Source of the DNA: Priapulus caudatus
Lineage: Eukaryota
Length of the DNA: 61,762 nt
NCBI RefSeq assembly: GCF_000485595.1
Contig: NW_014577076.1
Coordinates: 1,104,647-1,166,408 of the forward strand
Reading direction: 5' to 3'
The translations under genes and the position numbers were made by a program. Positions within the stretch are counted from its first letter, which is position 1. Each line of letters begins with the position of its first letter. The notes below the pieces were generated by a model. It had not been told where the DNA came from and ran no database searches. It saw nothing but the letters and a program-made list of their open reading frames with translations. Below are positions 1 through 13,587 of the stretch, one piece after another.

Positions 1-78
1 CATTAAAGCGTTTTTTTTACAACGCAATTCAGGCTGTGCACAATAATACATGTCACCATTATTGCATTGATAATATAT

Positions 79-126
<48 letters not shown>

Positions 127-289
127 CGAGAGAGAGAGAAAGAGAGAGAGAGGGTCTATTTATAGCTCTATAGCACACACTATTTTGTAATTAATAGTTA
201 TTGGCATGAAATGTGCCTCTCACCGCTTAGTTGCGTTAATTAGACCCTGCATGATCACCCGAATTCAAGAATCGTTTTTCATTCCTCAG

Positions 290-797
290 GTTTACGAAGT
301 TCTTCAACACAGCCCTAATATCGCAGATGACATCCGTAAAGTCCACGTACTACATTTCAGGTATCATTAATAGCAAATCGCGATTATGTGGCGGGAGCAC
401 AGCCTGAATCATACAGACAACAGGTCTGTATGCATCGCAATGCAGTGTGCTGGCAATAAGTCTAAATATTTTGTCTAAATAAATAATGTCATCATAACAT
501 TCGTTCCACTAAAACGGTTGTGCGTGTAATAACGCCACTATGGCGGAGGTAATTTACGCGAATATACACCGGCTATTCGTAAGCCAGGCAGGACACTTTC
601 ACTTACAAGCCTGTGCGTTCTAATTCAATTCAGCCCAGGTAGTGTGAAAGCAAGGTTTGCTGTCGAGCCCAAGAAACAGGTGAACGAGAGCGAGATGGTC
701 ATCCTCATTTCGGAGATACTTATCGCCTACGCAGAAATGAACGACAATAGTATCGGGGCACTACAGATACTCCCGGACTTCCCTGTCGGATTAGAAC
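290..797 (+). CDS. SEA-domain exons (290-360, 634-797) of the mosaic gene
   Basis: Spliced translation VYEVLQHSPNIADDIRKVHVLHFS|PGSVKARFAVEPKK...IGALQILPD contains the SEA hallmark F-x-x-G-S-V; cag acceptors at 287-289 and 631-633, gt donors at 361 and 798. Confidence 0.7.
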
Positions 798-3700
798 GTA
801 GGTTTTCGAAGACGATAACTTGCGGGAGCATCCAGGCAAAGAGAATATTGTCGTTCGAGATTTTAAAACCCGCGTTATATCACTTGTCGTATTGACATGG
901 CTATCGCTTTTTCTTTCCGAGCACGAAACTGAAAAATGAAACACCATCATGGCAGCCAATCAAGCGCGTCCTTGACGCTGTCGTCAATGACATTCCTACA
1001 TTGTTTCGATCCTGATAGCTACGAAAATGTTCACACAAGTCATAGTAAACAATCTTCATTTCATAGCAACCATATGCACGACGGTAGTAGGCGCTACTTG
1101 TTCCTAATTACGTTATAGAATTAAACTATATACTGCACTGTATAATATATAATAAACTATATACATATTATACACCCAAGAAACAAAACCACGCGCGTAT
1201 TTCTTCTATTTGACAGAATACATTAATGAATGTAAGCTGAACAACGGCAACTGCGGTCACGAGTGCGAATGGATCTTTGCTTCTAACGAGCACAGGTGCA
1301 AATGCCCTCCAGGAGAATTCCTTAGTGATGATCTATCCAGCTGTCTCGGTAGGTCTTTACGAAATGAATGCGTTATCCTCAGGGCCGTAGCTAGGAATTA
1401 ATGTATGGGGGGGGGGGCAAGATGAACGAGTGCCAGAGGCGCTCGCTTCTAGGGGGGTCTGGGGGAATTTTGAAATATAGAAGCTCTGAAATGCCATTTC
1501 CAGCCATTTCAGGTAGATTACATACCCAAAACTCCTCAAACGGTTAAGCGAGTATTTTCTAATCTTAAGTTCCCATTATTCTTTACTGGATTCTTCATTA
1601 TACTTCACACGAGAAGGATAGTGAATATTGTGGATGCGAGGCGCCGTGAGGCCTGTGGGAGGGAAGGTTTACGAGCCAATATCTCAGCCTAGGAGTATCG
1701 TATTGACAAGCGGTTGGTCTTGTTTTAGAGAGCAAAGAATTCTGCTTAATGCAATACCATAAAATAATTTTACACTTGCAGGTAAAGTAGACTAATATTG
1801 CCGTAAAATAGCACTATTTTCCCGTTTTTCCGTTGTACAACTATATATATATCGTTAGTTAGTATATATACAATTTTACTTTTAAGTGACATTACCGGAG
1901 AAAACTGTAACATTTGCGGCACGACCTCCCACAATGACCATGATGGAGACGTCGACGACTACGAAAACTACCACCTCAAAACCAATAACTACAGCAGCGA
2001 CTATGGAACCAAAACTAAAACCAATAGTAGAAACGACAGCAGAACCAACAGCTACACCAACAGCAGAACCAACAGCAACACCAACAGCAGAACCAACATC
2101 AGAGCCAACATCAGAACCAACATCAGCGCCAACAACAGAAGCAACAGCAGAAGCAACAGTCGAGCCAGCATCAGAGCTAACAGCAAAACCAACACCAGAG
2201 CCAACAGCAGAACTAACATCAGAACCAACAGCAGAACCAACACCAGAGCCAACAGCAAAACTAATATCAGAACCAACAGCAGAACCAACTGCAGAACCAA
2301 CAGCTAAACCAACATCAGAACCAACAGCAGAAGCAACATCAGAACCAACATACGAGCCAACATCAGAACCAACAGCAGAAGCAACAGCAGAACCAACATA
2401 TGAGACAACAGAGAACCACATACAAAGACAACAGAAGACCAAGAGCTACCAACCAACACCAGAGCACCAACATCAGAACCAAACGTAGAACTCACAGGCA
2501 AGAACCAACATATCGAGACAAGTACACAGAGCGCAAGAGACAGAACCAACATAACGAGGCCAACACCAGAGCAACAGCAAACAAAACAGCAGAAGAGCCC
2601 GAACGCCTGCAGAGCAACAGCAGAACCAACCATATGAGCCAACAGTAAAAGAAGATAACATAAGGCTAACATCACGAGACAACAAGCAGAACCAAACATA
2701 CAAGACAACAGAAGAACCTAAGACTAAACCAACAGCAGAACCAACATCCACGAACGAATCACGTAGAAACTCAACAGCAGAACAAACATATGAGACAACA
2801 GGCAGACCGCCAAGAGCCCAGAACACAACATACGAGCCAACACCAGAGCAACAGGCAAAAGCAACAGCAGAGCCAACTGCAGAAGCAACAGCAGAACCAA
2901 CATATGAGACAACAGTAGAAGTAACATCAGGCCTAACATACGAGACAACAGCAGAACCAACATACAAGACAACAGAAGAACCAAGAGCTAAACCAACATC
3001 AGAACCAACATCAGAACCAACAGTAGAACCAACAGCAGAACAAACATACGAAGACAACACAGAGCAAGAGGCAGAAACCAACCATACGAGCCAACACTCA
3101 GAGCCAACAGCAGAAGCAACAGCAGAACCACTGCAGCTGAATGCAACAGCCCAGAACCTAACTGCAAGAAGCCAACAGCAGAACGCAACAGCCAAGAACC
3201 AAACTCAGTAGAGCCAACAGCAGAAGCAACAGCAGAAGCAGCAACAGAACCAACGCTGAAGCCAACAGCAGAACACCAACAGGCAGAATCACTGCGAATC
3301 AACGAGCCAGAACCAACAGGTAGATCCAACAGCAGTAAGCAACAGGCAAAAGCAACAGCAGAAGCAACAGCAGAACAACAGCAGAAAGCACAGACGAATC
3401 AACTGCAGACAACAACAGAACCAACTATGACGCACGCTCTACGGGCAGTTGGATTATGGAATCATACAGCGGATATACGCAACTGCAGAACATGTTCGCA
3501 ACAGCAGAATCTACCTCCTTGTCGGGTAATCCTGTCACCAGCACCCTGAACTCATAGGTCTATCTGCTGAGTCTCGTATCTAATCGCGTGCGCGTTGATA
3601 TAGCCAAGGCACAGCAATAAAGGTCGAACAACCCTAGGAATGGCATCTGAGGTGGCCCCATATCACTGATGTGGTCTCTGTGTGTTGCTGTCTGGCAGTT

Positions 3701-6700
3701 GCTCTGCAGTTGCCTTCGCTGTTGGTTCTGTTGAATGCTTCTGGCGTTGGTTCTGTTGTTCCTTTTGCTGCTTGCTTCTGCGGTGGCTCTACTGTGGTTT
3801 GACTGTTGCTTCCGCAGTTGATTCTGGGTCTGCTGTTGGTCTTCCTGCAGTCTTCTTCTGTTGATCTGCGGTTGGCGTCTACTGTGGTTCTGGTTGTTGC
3901 TCTGCGTGATTCGGTCTCCTGTTCTCTGGCTGTGCTTCTGTGTTTGTGGGCTTTGGTGTCGGGTGTGGTTCTGCTTGGCGAGATGAGCAACAACAGATAT
4001 CCAATAGGCAGTAGGAGTGCGGAACCGGCGAGCATAGCATCTGCAGAAGCACAACAACACCTAAACAGTAGATAGCGCAGTAGCAGCTCCGTTAGAGGCC
4101 ATCCAGCAGCAATCAACAGAAGTAATCAACAGCTAGAAGCAACAGGAAGAACCTCCTGCCTAGATGGCTCTGCTCACAGAATGCTATGATTCAGCGTCAG
4201 CTATTGCGGAGTTCTACCTGTTGCTATCCTACAGTACAGTATGAAGGTTCCCTCGACCTGGGTTGACGCTCTGTGCCCAGAAAGTTGGTAACTGCCCTAA
4301 GTCTTGAGCCTATGTGACCTGCTCGTATAGCCTCAGTGCGTAGGAGTACCGCTCGTATAGTCAGTGTGTTGCGAACTCTCCGAACCAGCGAGAATCCCCG
4401 AATCGAGCTTCCGTAGTCGCTTTTCTCAGGTCCAGTGTGCTCGAGTACAGCGAAGAAATAGCAGTTAGAGTCAAGAGAGCTATGTTGACATGCCAATAGA
4501 CAGTAGGTAGTTTGCGAGGCGGATCAAGACATCTGGGCGTCTTATCTGGCGCACATGTCCTATTCTGTCATATGGAGTTTGCCTACAGCCGCACAAACGA
4601 ATTGCTGACTCGATCTTCCGGAATGTAGCCTTACATATGACCTCGAACTACCAGATAGACTAACCACTTGGGTGATCTCATTAACGTGAGCTACGCATCT
4701 CCAACTCACTCATCCAATCCTTGAATCGATGTCAGTCAGTCTCTGCCCATTTTCGTCTCGCTCTATCGCATATAACATCCAGCAGCAGGCTTTTGCCGTG
4801 TTCGACTCAGCAATGTAGTGACATCGGTGTGGCGTAGAGCTGTATACACAGCCTCAGGGCATCACTCACTGTCACATTTATGAGCGTCCACGTGCTGTCC
4901 TGTCTCAAGTATCGCTGGTTGCGGCGGTACTCGCTGAAGGTCTGTCTCTACACTGCTGGTGGTATCTGATTGCTCTGTTGCGCGAGCAAGTATGAGTACG
5001 TAGCTCGTTCTGGTTCTCTGTTGTCTTGTATAGCGTGCTTAAACCTCCGACGTCTGACTAGAGACTTAGCGACCACAGATTCACTGTCCACCTCGATTGA
5101 TCAATAGGCTCGAGTTGTTTTACTCGATTACGCGCCAGCAACAGAACATATCACGTCATGAGATACGCACGGTCGAACACGACGATATTTAAGTTTGAGT
5201 ATCCGGTTTGTCACCTGACACTTCACTCTATCATGCTGACTAGCTGGCTATAGTGGTTTCTGCTTCGATTGCTTTCGTCGACGCGCACTCAGGCCGTGAG
5301 GACGACCAGAATCGCATCTAGCGACCCCTTGTGTCCTGCATTGTGCTCTGGTATGTGCTCGTATGGCGAAATCGGTCTCTGGCCTGAGAAACGTGACTTG
5401 ATCCTGAGGCATCACGCGTATCTGACAGCGAGGAATTACTCGTACATGCGATTGGTTCTACCCCATGCACGATAACGCCCACTTCAACCCTGCGAACGAG
5501 GCAGTCCAACGCTATCTGAATGGTGCGTATGTAGCAATTCAAGAGCTCCCAGCTACATCGGTTATCCGGTTACCTGTCCGCGTTTGTCTTGACTGAATAC
5601 TGTATAGGGGCACTTCTCTGCAACGACTAGGGATTCTGTCCTCGGCTATGTCTAGGCCCTGAATCGTCAAGCCACTGTCTACTCAGTGCTGTCCACGAGA
5701 ACGCCTCACCGTGAATATATATTAGTCCTCTGAGCGTCACTCTCTGGACTCGTGCCTATGTTACTGAGGCCTCGTAAGCCATAATACTGGGTACCGCCCC
5801 TCCCGTCCTGACTATGTCCTTCAGTAACAATGGTGTATTACACCCGTGTGTACGGTGGTTGCTCTCGGCACCGTCGCGGTTATATGCTGAGTGTCATGCG
5901 TGCCTTAATCCACGTTGGCTAACTGGATTTTTCTTACTGCAGTTGGCTTCTTAGCCTGTTGGAATTCTTTTTAGATGTCACTTCAGCCTGTATACTTGCT
6001 GTTGCTCTGGTGTTGGTTCTGCTGTTGGTTCTGAATGTTGTTCTTTGGTCCTTGTCATCATCTTGGAGATCTCTCGGGTGCGGTTACACGTACTAGTAAT
6101 AAGTTTCTAATCTAGCACATACGTACTGAGGAGAGTTCATTTATGGGCCGACTGTTGCTAATTCAAGCATCTGCCGCTGTTAACCTTCTTGTTGTGTTGG
6201 GCGCCTGACTTGTGTCGTTAATTGATCGTGCATGGTCTGTTTCACGATGTTGGTGTCGGCTCGTGCTGGTGTTGCTGTTGGTCTGCTGTTGGTGTACGTG
6301 CGTTCTGCGCCTGTCCGCTTCTACTAAGTTGGTCTTATAGTTTTGTCGTGCCATATGTGGCTGCCGTAGTCGTTAAATCAGCGATAGACCGTGTAGGGTG
6401 GTTTAGTTCACGCGTTTCGTTCGAGTCAAGGAGCACTGCTTCCCTCAATGCAAATCATGCGTCAATGTGGTGGGTAGGTGCGTAGCGCAGTCGTTCAACA
6501 ACCTGTGACTTGTTTCGAGCGTCTCTACAATCACTCAACCGGTACTGTGTGTGCCCATGGCTGTTGTTGACGTGTATCAAGAGAAGTAAAATTGTATTAT
6601 AATGGTCACTCCAACAACGAGTATATATCGTCAGTGATTGTTATAGCATGTACATACGGAGTGGAAAGAAAAAACCGTGGGCAGAGAATCCGAGGTAGCC

Positions 6701-9700
6701 TAAACTTCATGTGTATCAAGTTCTCAGCTGGCATCAGAGGCAAAACTAACTTATCTACTGGTGTCGATTGAGCAACCATCTGGGATTAGCGTCCCAACAG
6801 GACGAAAATGATTAGATTTATGTTTGCGCAACGTTAAGTCCAGAATCTCTTGCTCTGTACAGCTTACAGTCTTTGAGACCCCTTATAATAAAAAACGATC
6901 AAAGTAACCCGAAGTGGGTTAAAGCTTTTTGATTTGTCAGAACGCGAATTCACGTGATCTTGAATAAGGCCTCTTGCAAGTACGACGGCCCTAGAGTGTC
7001 AAATATTTGGCCTCGCTAATATGCAGCTTTTCCCTGCACCCGTTACCACCCGAGCCTCGCCCTGTCATGCCGCCGCCTTCTAGTACACGCCAGCAGTATG
7101 TCCATGCCTGATTTGTGTATAGGAAGCCACAACGACTAATGTCACTATCCTTCTCGCCTGTCTGCCGAGATGAAAGTATGTCCATGAGATGAAGAATCCA
7201 GTACAGATAATGGGAACTGAAGAGTAAGTGTCAGAGGACGGCTACTGCATACCGAGAACGTGTTGTGCGATGGTGAAATACGATTGCGCCGGAAAGGATG
7301 ACGAGAAAGCGTAGCTGTAAGTAGGACCTTGTATCCTTAGATGACATACCTCTCATCGTACATCCTTCTCCTCATAGCGCCGCTCGTATCTCTCTTACAC
7401 TCTTTCTTCTTTTTTCATCCTTTTCCTTCTTCTTTTCCTGTTTTTGCCTTCGCTTTATTCATACATTATGATCATGCGATCGCGGGGCATCATCATTATC
7501 ACCATCATCAGTCGATCATCATCAATCATCATCAGTCATCATCATCATCATCATTCATCAATCATCATCATTATCGTTATATCATCATCATAGTCGTCCA
7601 GTTATCGTCTGACGCCGTCGTTCTTCCTTCTTATTAATTATTTTAATTTGCCCGCCTCCCCTCTTCCTTCTCCTCTCTTTCGCTCTATCTTCTTCTTCTT
7701 CTCTCTTCTTCTTCTCTTCTTCTTCTTGCTTCTTCTCTTCTTCTTCTTTCTCTTACTTCTTCTCTTCTTCTTCTTCTTCTTCTTCTTCTTCTTCTTCTTC
7801 GATGTCGTCGTCGTGTCGTCCGTCGTTCGTCCGTCGTCGGCGTTCCTCCCTTCCTTCGTTTTCTTCTTCTTCTTCTTCGTCTTCTTCTTTCTTTTTCTCG
7901 TAAGGATTACGAGAACTAATCCATTCTCTCCGGAATTTTCTGTCTAATGCTTCCCTCTCCCTAAGTGGGTATTTTGAGGTCGATGCTCTTTCGTTGACAG
8001 GTTCGTAAATCGTGCCGCGAGAACACCTCGACGATTGGCTGTCCCTTGGTCATTTATCGCACTTTTTTGCAATGTAATGGTCCCACATTCTGACAATGAC
8101 GATCGCTTCTAAATCTTCACAGATTCTCCTGATCATTTTATCATCCCCGGCACGAGTGGTCTGTACGCAGGCAGCGTGTCCTATAGCCACAAATGTAGGG
8201 CGCATCTCTCATTCTCTATTTTCCTACTTAGCTCAACGACATAGCAAATTTAGATATAGGTGTTTGTACATCCTACCATCCTAAATAACGATTCAAGCCC
8301 AAGATTTCAAGCTATACACTTCGTGCTAAAGCCGGCGTGTAAAGTGTGACAAAACAGTCGCTCTCACAATATTCCATGTCATACCAAAAATTTGTAACAA
8401 CCTAACGATTCTAGATGAGTTTGCATTAATGCATAAGAGTGACGTAAGTGACTATGAATCCATGACCGCGGAAAGAGTTTCTTATTACTGTCGGAGTTAC
8501 ACAGTATGACATTTTCTATCAATCTTTTAGACAAGCCTCCGACCGGAATGTGAGCGGGTCAGTTTTTGGTGCTCTGCAGGACAGACGTGGCATCCCACAG
8601 TTGGACATGCGACAGAGGCGCGGACTGTACATGCGGGAGAGGACGAAGTAGACACATTGTGTGGTTGATATTTTTGGCAAGAGCACACAGTTCATTCGTC
8701 TCATATACTTTCCCCACTCGAACAGTCGAAATATTTATTTTGGCGTGCGAACCGGATACGAACACCGCAGACAGAGCTTGGTTTAGCGGGCAGCATCGGT
8801 ACACCAGGGCTTTAGTAACCCTCTAGTATAGTAAATAGAAGTCGATGCAGCAATTCCGATCGATTCCAATATATAACACATTTTGATACAATCTATGTTG
8901 TAATAGGTCTATTTAAAAATAGATAAAATTTATTTTCACGAGGTGGAAAATAGAGGAGCGCGCAAAATTGATTGTGCCAATAATAACTGTACTGGAAGTC
9001 ATGAGTTTGTATATTTTCGACTCTTAAGCGTGGCACTGACGACGCAGTTCCAGTGCAGTGCGGGTGCTGCATTGTCTGTCGAGCGCTGGCGATGTGGCCA
9101 GCCCGAAACTGTGACGGACGGGGTCCCGCGATGAATGGGGTTGTGTGAAGCTGCATCAATTCGGGGGCCGCGCATCGTGGGCAGGTGCTACCACTCGACG
9201 AACGCTTTGTTGCCGCGTGTGCAGCGATGGGTGGACACGCGATCTGGGGCACACACCGTCTGCCTAACAGCTTGTGCCAGTATAGGTTATTATAGCTATC
9301 AAACAGGCCCGCACGAGATGATGCCTGTAGGCAATTCGGCTATCGCCATCACTAGTAAAACGAATGTCAACCACATAATAAACGACCAAAGAAAAATGAG
9401 TTAAACATCGCTTATTGTATTTCTGAAAATTCATTTTTCAAAGGCTGAATGTATTCTCACAAATGCGAGTGCGTAAGTTGTTCCTGCCTCTCATTCACAA
9501 TTTAGGCGCCGCAATAGAATCAGAAGCGGTGCCCATCGAAGGACCACACAGCAGCTTCCGCGTACACCCCAGAGAGCGATCCTTTCCTCACGTCAACTTG
9601 AATCGGCTGTTACGCTAATGGTACGTGTATGTTAAATTTCTCAAGATTCTCAGCCCTACTGTGATTCTCAGCTACACAGTTGATTACGTCTCATTACTTT

Positions 9701-9846
9701 TTATACACTCAATGAACCGTGTAATTCATCTCGTGGTTCTCGCGTATGTCGCTTCATAATATAACATATACCTCGCTGTTCATGACAGCCAGCCAGAGAT
9801 CCGTGAATGTATGTCAAAATCCAATTATTAATCTACTCTCTCTCTC

Positions 9847-9886
<40 letters not shown>

Positions 9887-12800
9887 ATATAGATATAATA
9901 TATAATATATATAATATATATACTATAATATAGGCTATACTATACATATATATATATATATATATACTATCGTATATGCATACCATACATTACACACAAC
10001 CCACCGTTTGCACTCATCGAGCAAAATGCTGTGGTAGGGGAGTCTGTCGATGATGTCGTAATGCAATAAAAATGCGGTATATAATCATATATATACCTTT
10101 TTATTATCGTGTGGATATATGTACACGCATGCATCACAAACCAAACATACGTATTAATTCAACACCTTGTATATATATAAAAAAAAACCTAAAGAGCGTC
10201 GGAAGCAATAAAAATAGTGCCGCGGCTTTCAGATGGCGAATCCCAGGATTTTCTAAATGGGGTGCTAGGAGCACGGAAGGGGGGGGGGGGGAGTCTGGGC
10301 TCTCCCTGAAATTTTTGAAATTAGCACCCCTCAGATGCGTTTGTCTGCGGCGAGGCAGTGGGGGTGGGATCCTCTGCGACCGGCCTGGACCCCCCCCCCC
10401 TGTACACTGCCCCTGGAAACTGTAGACTCTGATGCGCGTGTGCGCTTCGCACTGACGGGTGGGTGCGGGGTAGATTCATGTTCAGTCAAGCTGCGACGCA
10501 TATATCTTTTGGCGTAAATTCTTGTGTGCGGTACAGCAATCGCCGTTGCNNNNNNNNNNCAACAGCAGAACCAACAGTAGAGCCAACAGCAGAAGCAACA
10601 GCAGAACCAACAGCAGAACCAACTGCAGAAGCAACAGCAGAACCAACAGCAGAATCAACTGCAGAAGCAACAGCAGAACCAACAGTAGATCCAACAGCAG
10701 AAGCAACAGCAAAAGCAACAGCAGAAGCAACAGCAGAAGCAACAGCAGAAGCAACAGACGAATCAACTGCAGAAGCAACAACAGAACCAACAGTAGAGCC
10801 AACCGCAGAATCAACAGCAGAAGCAACTGCAGAACCAACAGCAGAATCAACTGCGGAAGCAACAGCAGAACCAACAGTAGAGCCAACCGCAGAATCAACA
10901 GCAGAAGCAACTGCAGAACCAACAGCAGAATCAACTGCGGAAGCAACAGCAGAACCAACAGTAGCGCCACCCGCAGAAGCAACAGCAAAAGCAACAACAG
11001 AACCAACAGCAGAAGCAGCAACAGAACCAACGGCTGAAGCAACAGCAGAACCAACAGCAGAATCAACTGCGGAAGCAACAGCAGAACCAACAGTAGAGCC
11101 AACCGCAGAAGCAACAGCAAAAGCAACAACAGAACCAACAGCAGAAGCAACAACAGAACCAACAGCAGAAGCAACTGCAGAAGCAACTGCAGAAGCAACA
11201 ACAGAACCAACAGTAGAGCCAACACCAGAGCCAACAGCAGAATCAACAGAAGAACCAACAGCAGAAGCAACAGAAGAACCAACTGCAGAAGCAACAGCAG
11301 AACCAATAGCAGAATCAACTGCAGAAGCAACAGTAGAACCAACAGCAGAACCAACAGTTGAACCAACAGCAGAACCAACAGTTGAGCCTTCAGTAGAGCC
11401 AACAGCGGAAGCAATAGCAGAAGCAAGAGCAGAGACAGCCAAAACAGAAGTAGTTGCCGCGGATAAGACAGCGGCTTATGCGCACACATCAATGACACCG
11501 GAAAACGACTACACTTCGAATGTACCTATCTATACAACTACAGAGAAACCACTTGACTATTATGGGGAGCACCATTCAACTCACACAACCAAGGATCAGC
11601 AGCCTCCATTTTTCGTCTTCGATAAAACAACAGGGCCGTCGACAGCAAGTAGTACATCGGTTGGAGTAGTAACAACGCCAGCAACTACTGTAATTATGAC
11701 AGCCACGTCTGAGTCCGTCGCTGTACCGAAGGTCGCCTCACCAGCTGTGGATTCCGCGAGAATAGAACCAGCGGCTAAAACCACGAAAGACAGCGGAAAG
11801 ATGACTGGCACAGATCTACCCAGTACGATTACCCCAGCAACAGAACATACCACGTTCATAGATACCACGGTCGAACAAACGACGATATTTAAGTTTGAGA
11901 TTGTTCACCGAACTCAACCACCTACAGCTGCTAAGTCATCGACCACGCCGGAGACGACAGAAGCTACAGCACCGTCATCTAGCGAAACTCCTAAAATGAT
12001 TACAGCAACGACGACAGAGGAATTTAGTACACCCATCACAACGCCCACAGCAACCACGATGCAGCCAACCAGTGAAGCTATTACAACAACCCCAGCTACA
12101 CGACCGGTAACTCGCGTTTTGACATCAAGGCATCCGGCAACTAGACGCCCACCAACCACTGACTCATGGTCCACAGAAGACGTGAAGATATATAGCCATG
12201 CCACCACGTATACAGCCGAACCAACGTACCCTCCCCTGACATTTCCTCAGAACAATGGTATAACCGTGGTGTGTCCACCCGGTAAGTGTCACGCCATCAC
12301 TGGCTAACATTTTCTATAATTTTATCTGCTTGTAACTTTTCATCATCTGTGAGATTCCCACACGTAAAATATTTTAACACACGTATGAGAAGTTATTAAT
12401 TCAAGCGCACGTATTTGCGAATTTGCATGTTCACGCGTTTACATCGAAGACGTGTGTTTGCACTTTCAGAGACGTTTCAATGCAACCAGGGTGGTTACAG
12501 TTTCACCGACTGTTTGCCAAATAATTATCGTTGTGATGGCGTTGTTGACTGTTCGGATGGCACCGATGAGTTATACTGTATGAGTGAGAACTGCGCCGAT
12601 AACTTCATGTGTAACAGTTCTCAGTGCATCAACAAACACTACCTGTGCGATGGCATCTGGGATTGCACAGACGGTAAGCTCACGTACAGCATTACATTTG
12701 AGATTAATAACGTTACGGGGTTAAAGTTTTGACGAAGCGTCTTGAAGCTTGAACTACGAACTGTCAATGCCTATGATTTGCCCCGTAACGCTTCATGCCT

Positions 12801-13180
12801 CTATACGCCAGCAGTACTCGGTCATGCTCTGTTTGTGTATAGGAAGCGACGAAATGCCTGTCTGCGAAGAGAAGATGTGCACTGAGGAAGAGTACAAGTG
12901 TTCAGACGGCTACTGCATACCGAGAACGTGGTTGTGCGATGGTGAATACGATTGCGCCGGAAAGGATGACGAGAAAGCGTGCTGTAAGTAGGACCTTGTA
13001 TCCTTAGATGACATACTCCTCTTCCTCGTCATCATCCTTCTCCTCATACGCCTGCTCTATCTCTCCTTACACTCTTTCTTCTTTTTCATCTCTTTTCCTT
13101 CTTCTTTTCTGTTTTTGCCTTCGCTTTATTCATCATTATGATCATCATCGTCGTCATCATCATTATCACCATCATCATCG

Positions 13181-13239
<59 letters not shown>

Positions 13240-13272
13240 TATCATCATCATCATTATTCTTTTGTCATCACG

Positions 13273-13319
<47 letters not shown>

Positions 13320-13544
13320 TATCGTTATTATCATCATCATTATCGTCATTATCGTCGTCGCCGTCGTCTTCTTCTTATTATTATTTTTAATTTGCCGCCT
13401 CCCTCTTCCTTCTCCTTCTCTTTCGTCTCTTCTTCTTCTTCTTCTTCTTCTTCTTCTTCTTCTTCTTCTTCTTCTTCTTCTTCTTCTTCTCTTCTTCTTC
13501 TTCTTCTCTTCTTTTCTTCTTCTTCTTCTTCTTCTTCTTCTTCT

Positions 13545-13587
<43 letters not shown>

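Noticed and set aside
1882..4116. Long antisense and alternative-frame ORFs (poly-Leu/Val, SAVG repeats, QQNQ repeats)
   Set aside because: By-products of the T-poor 12-bp mucin repeat and its noisy or inverted copies; no independent coding signal.
7230..9850. Apparent pseudogene or paralog of the LDLa-SRCR exons
   Set aside because: Introns and exons are equally degraded by small indels and the block ends at an N gap, which fits raw long-read error rather than evolutionary decay.
10482..11498. 338-aa Leu-rich and 318-aa (SAVG)n minus-strand ORFs, and the (NSRT)n plus-strand ORF
   Set aside because: Shadow frames of the EPTA repeat exon; only the EPTA frame continues into unique sequence and splices to the LDLa exons.
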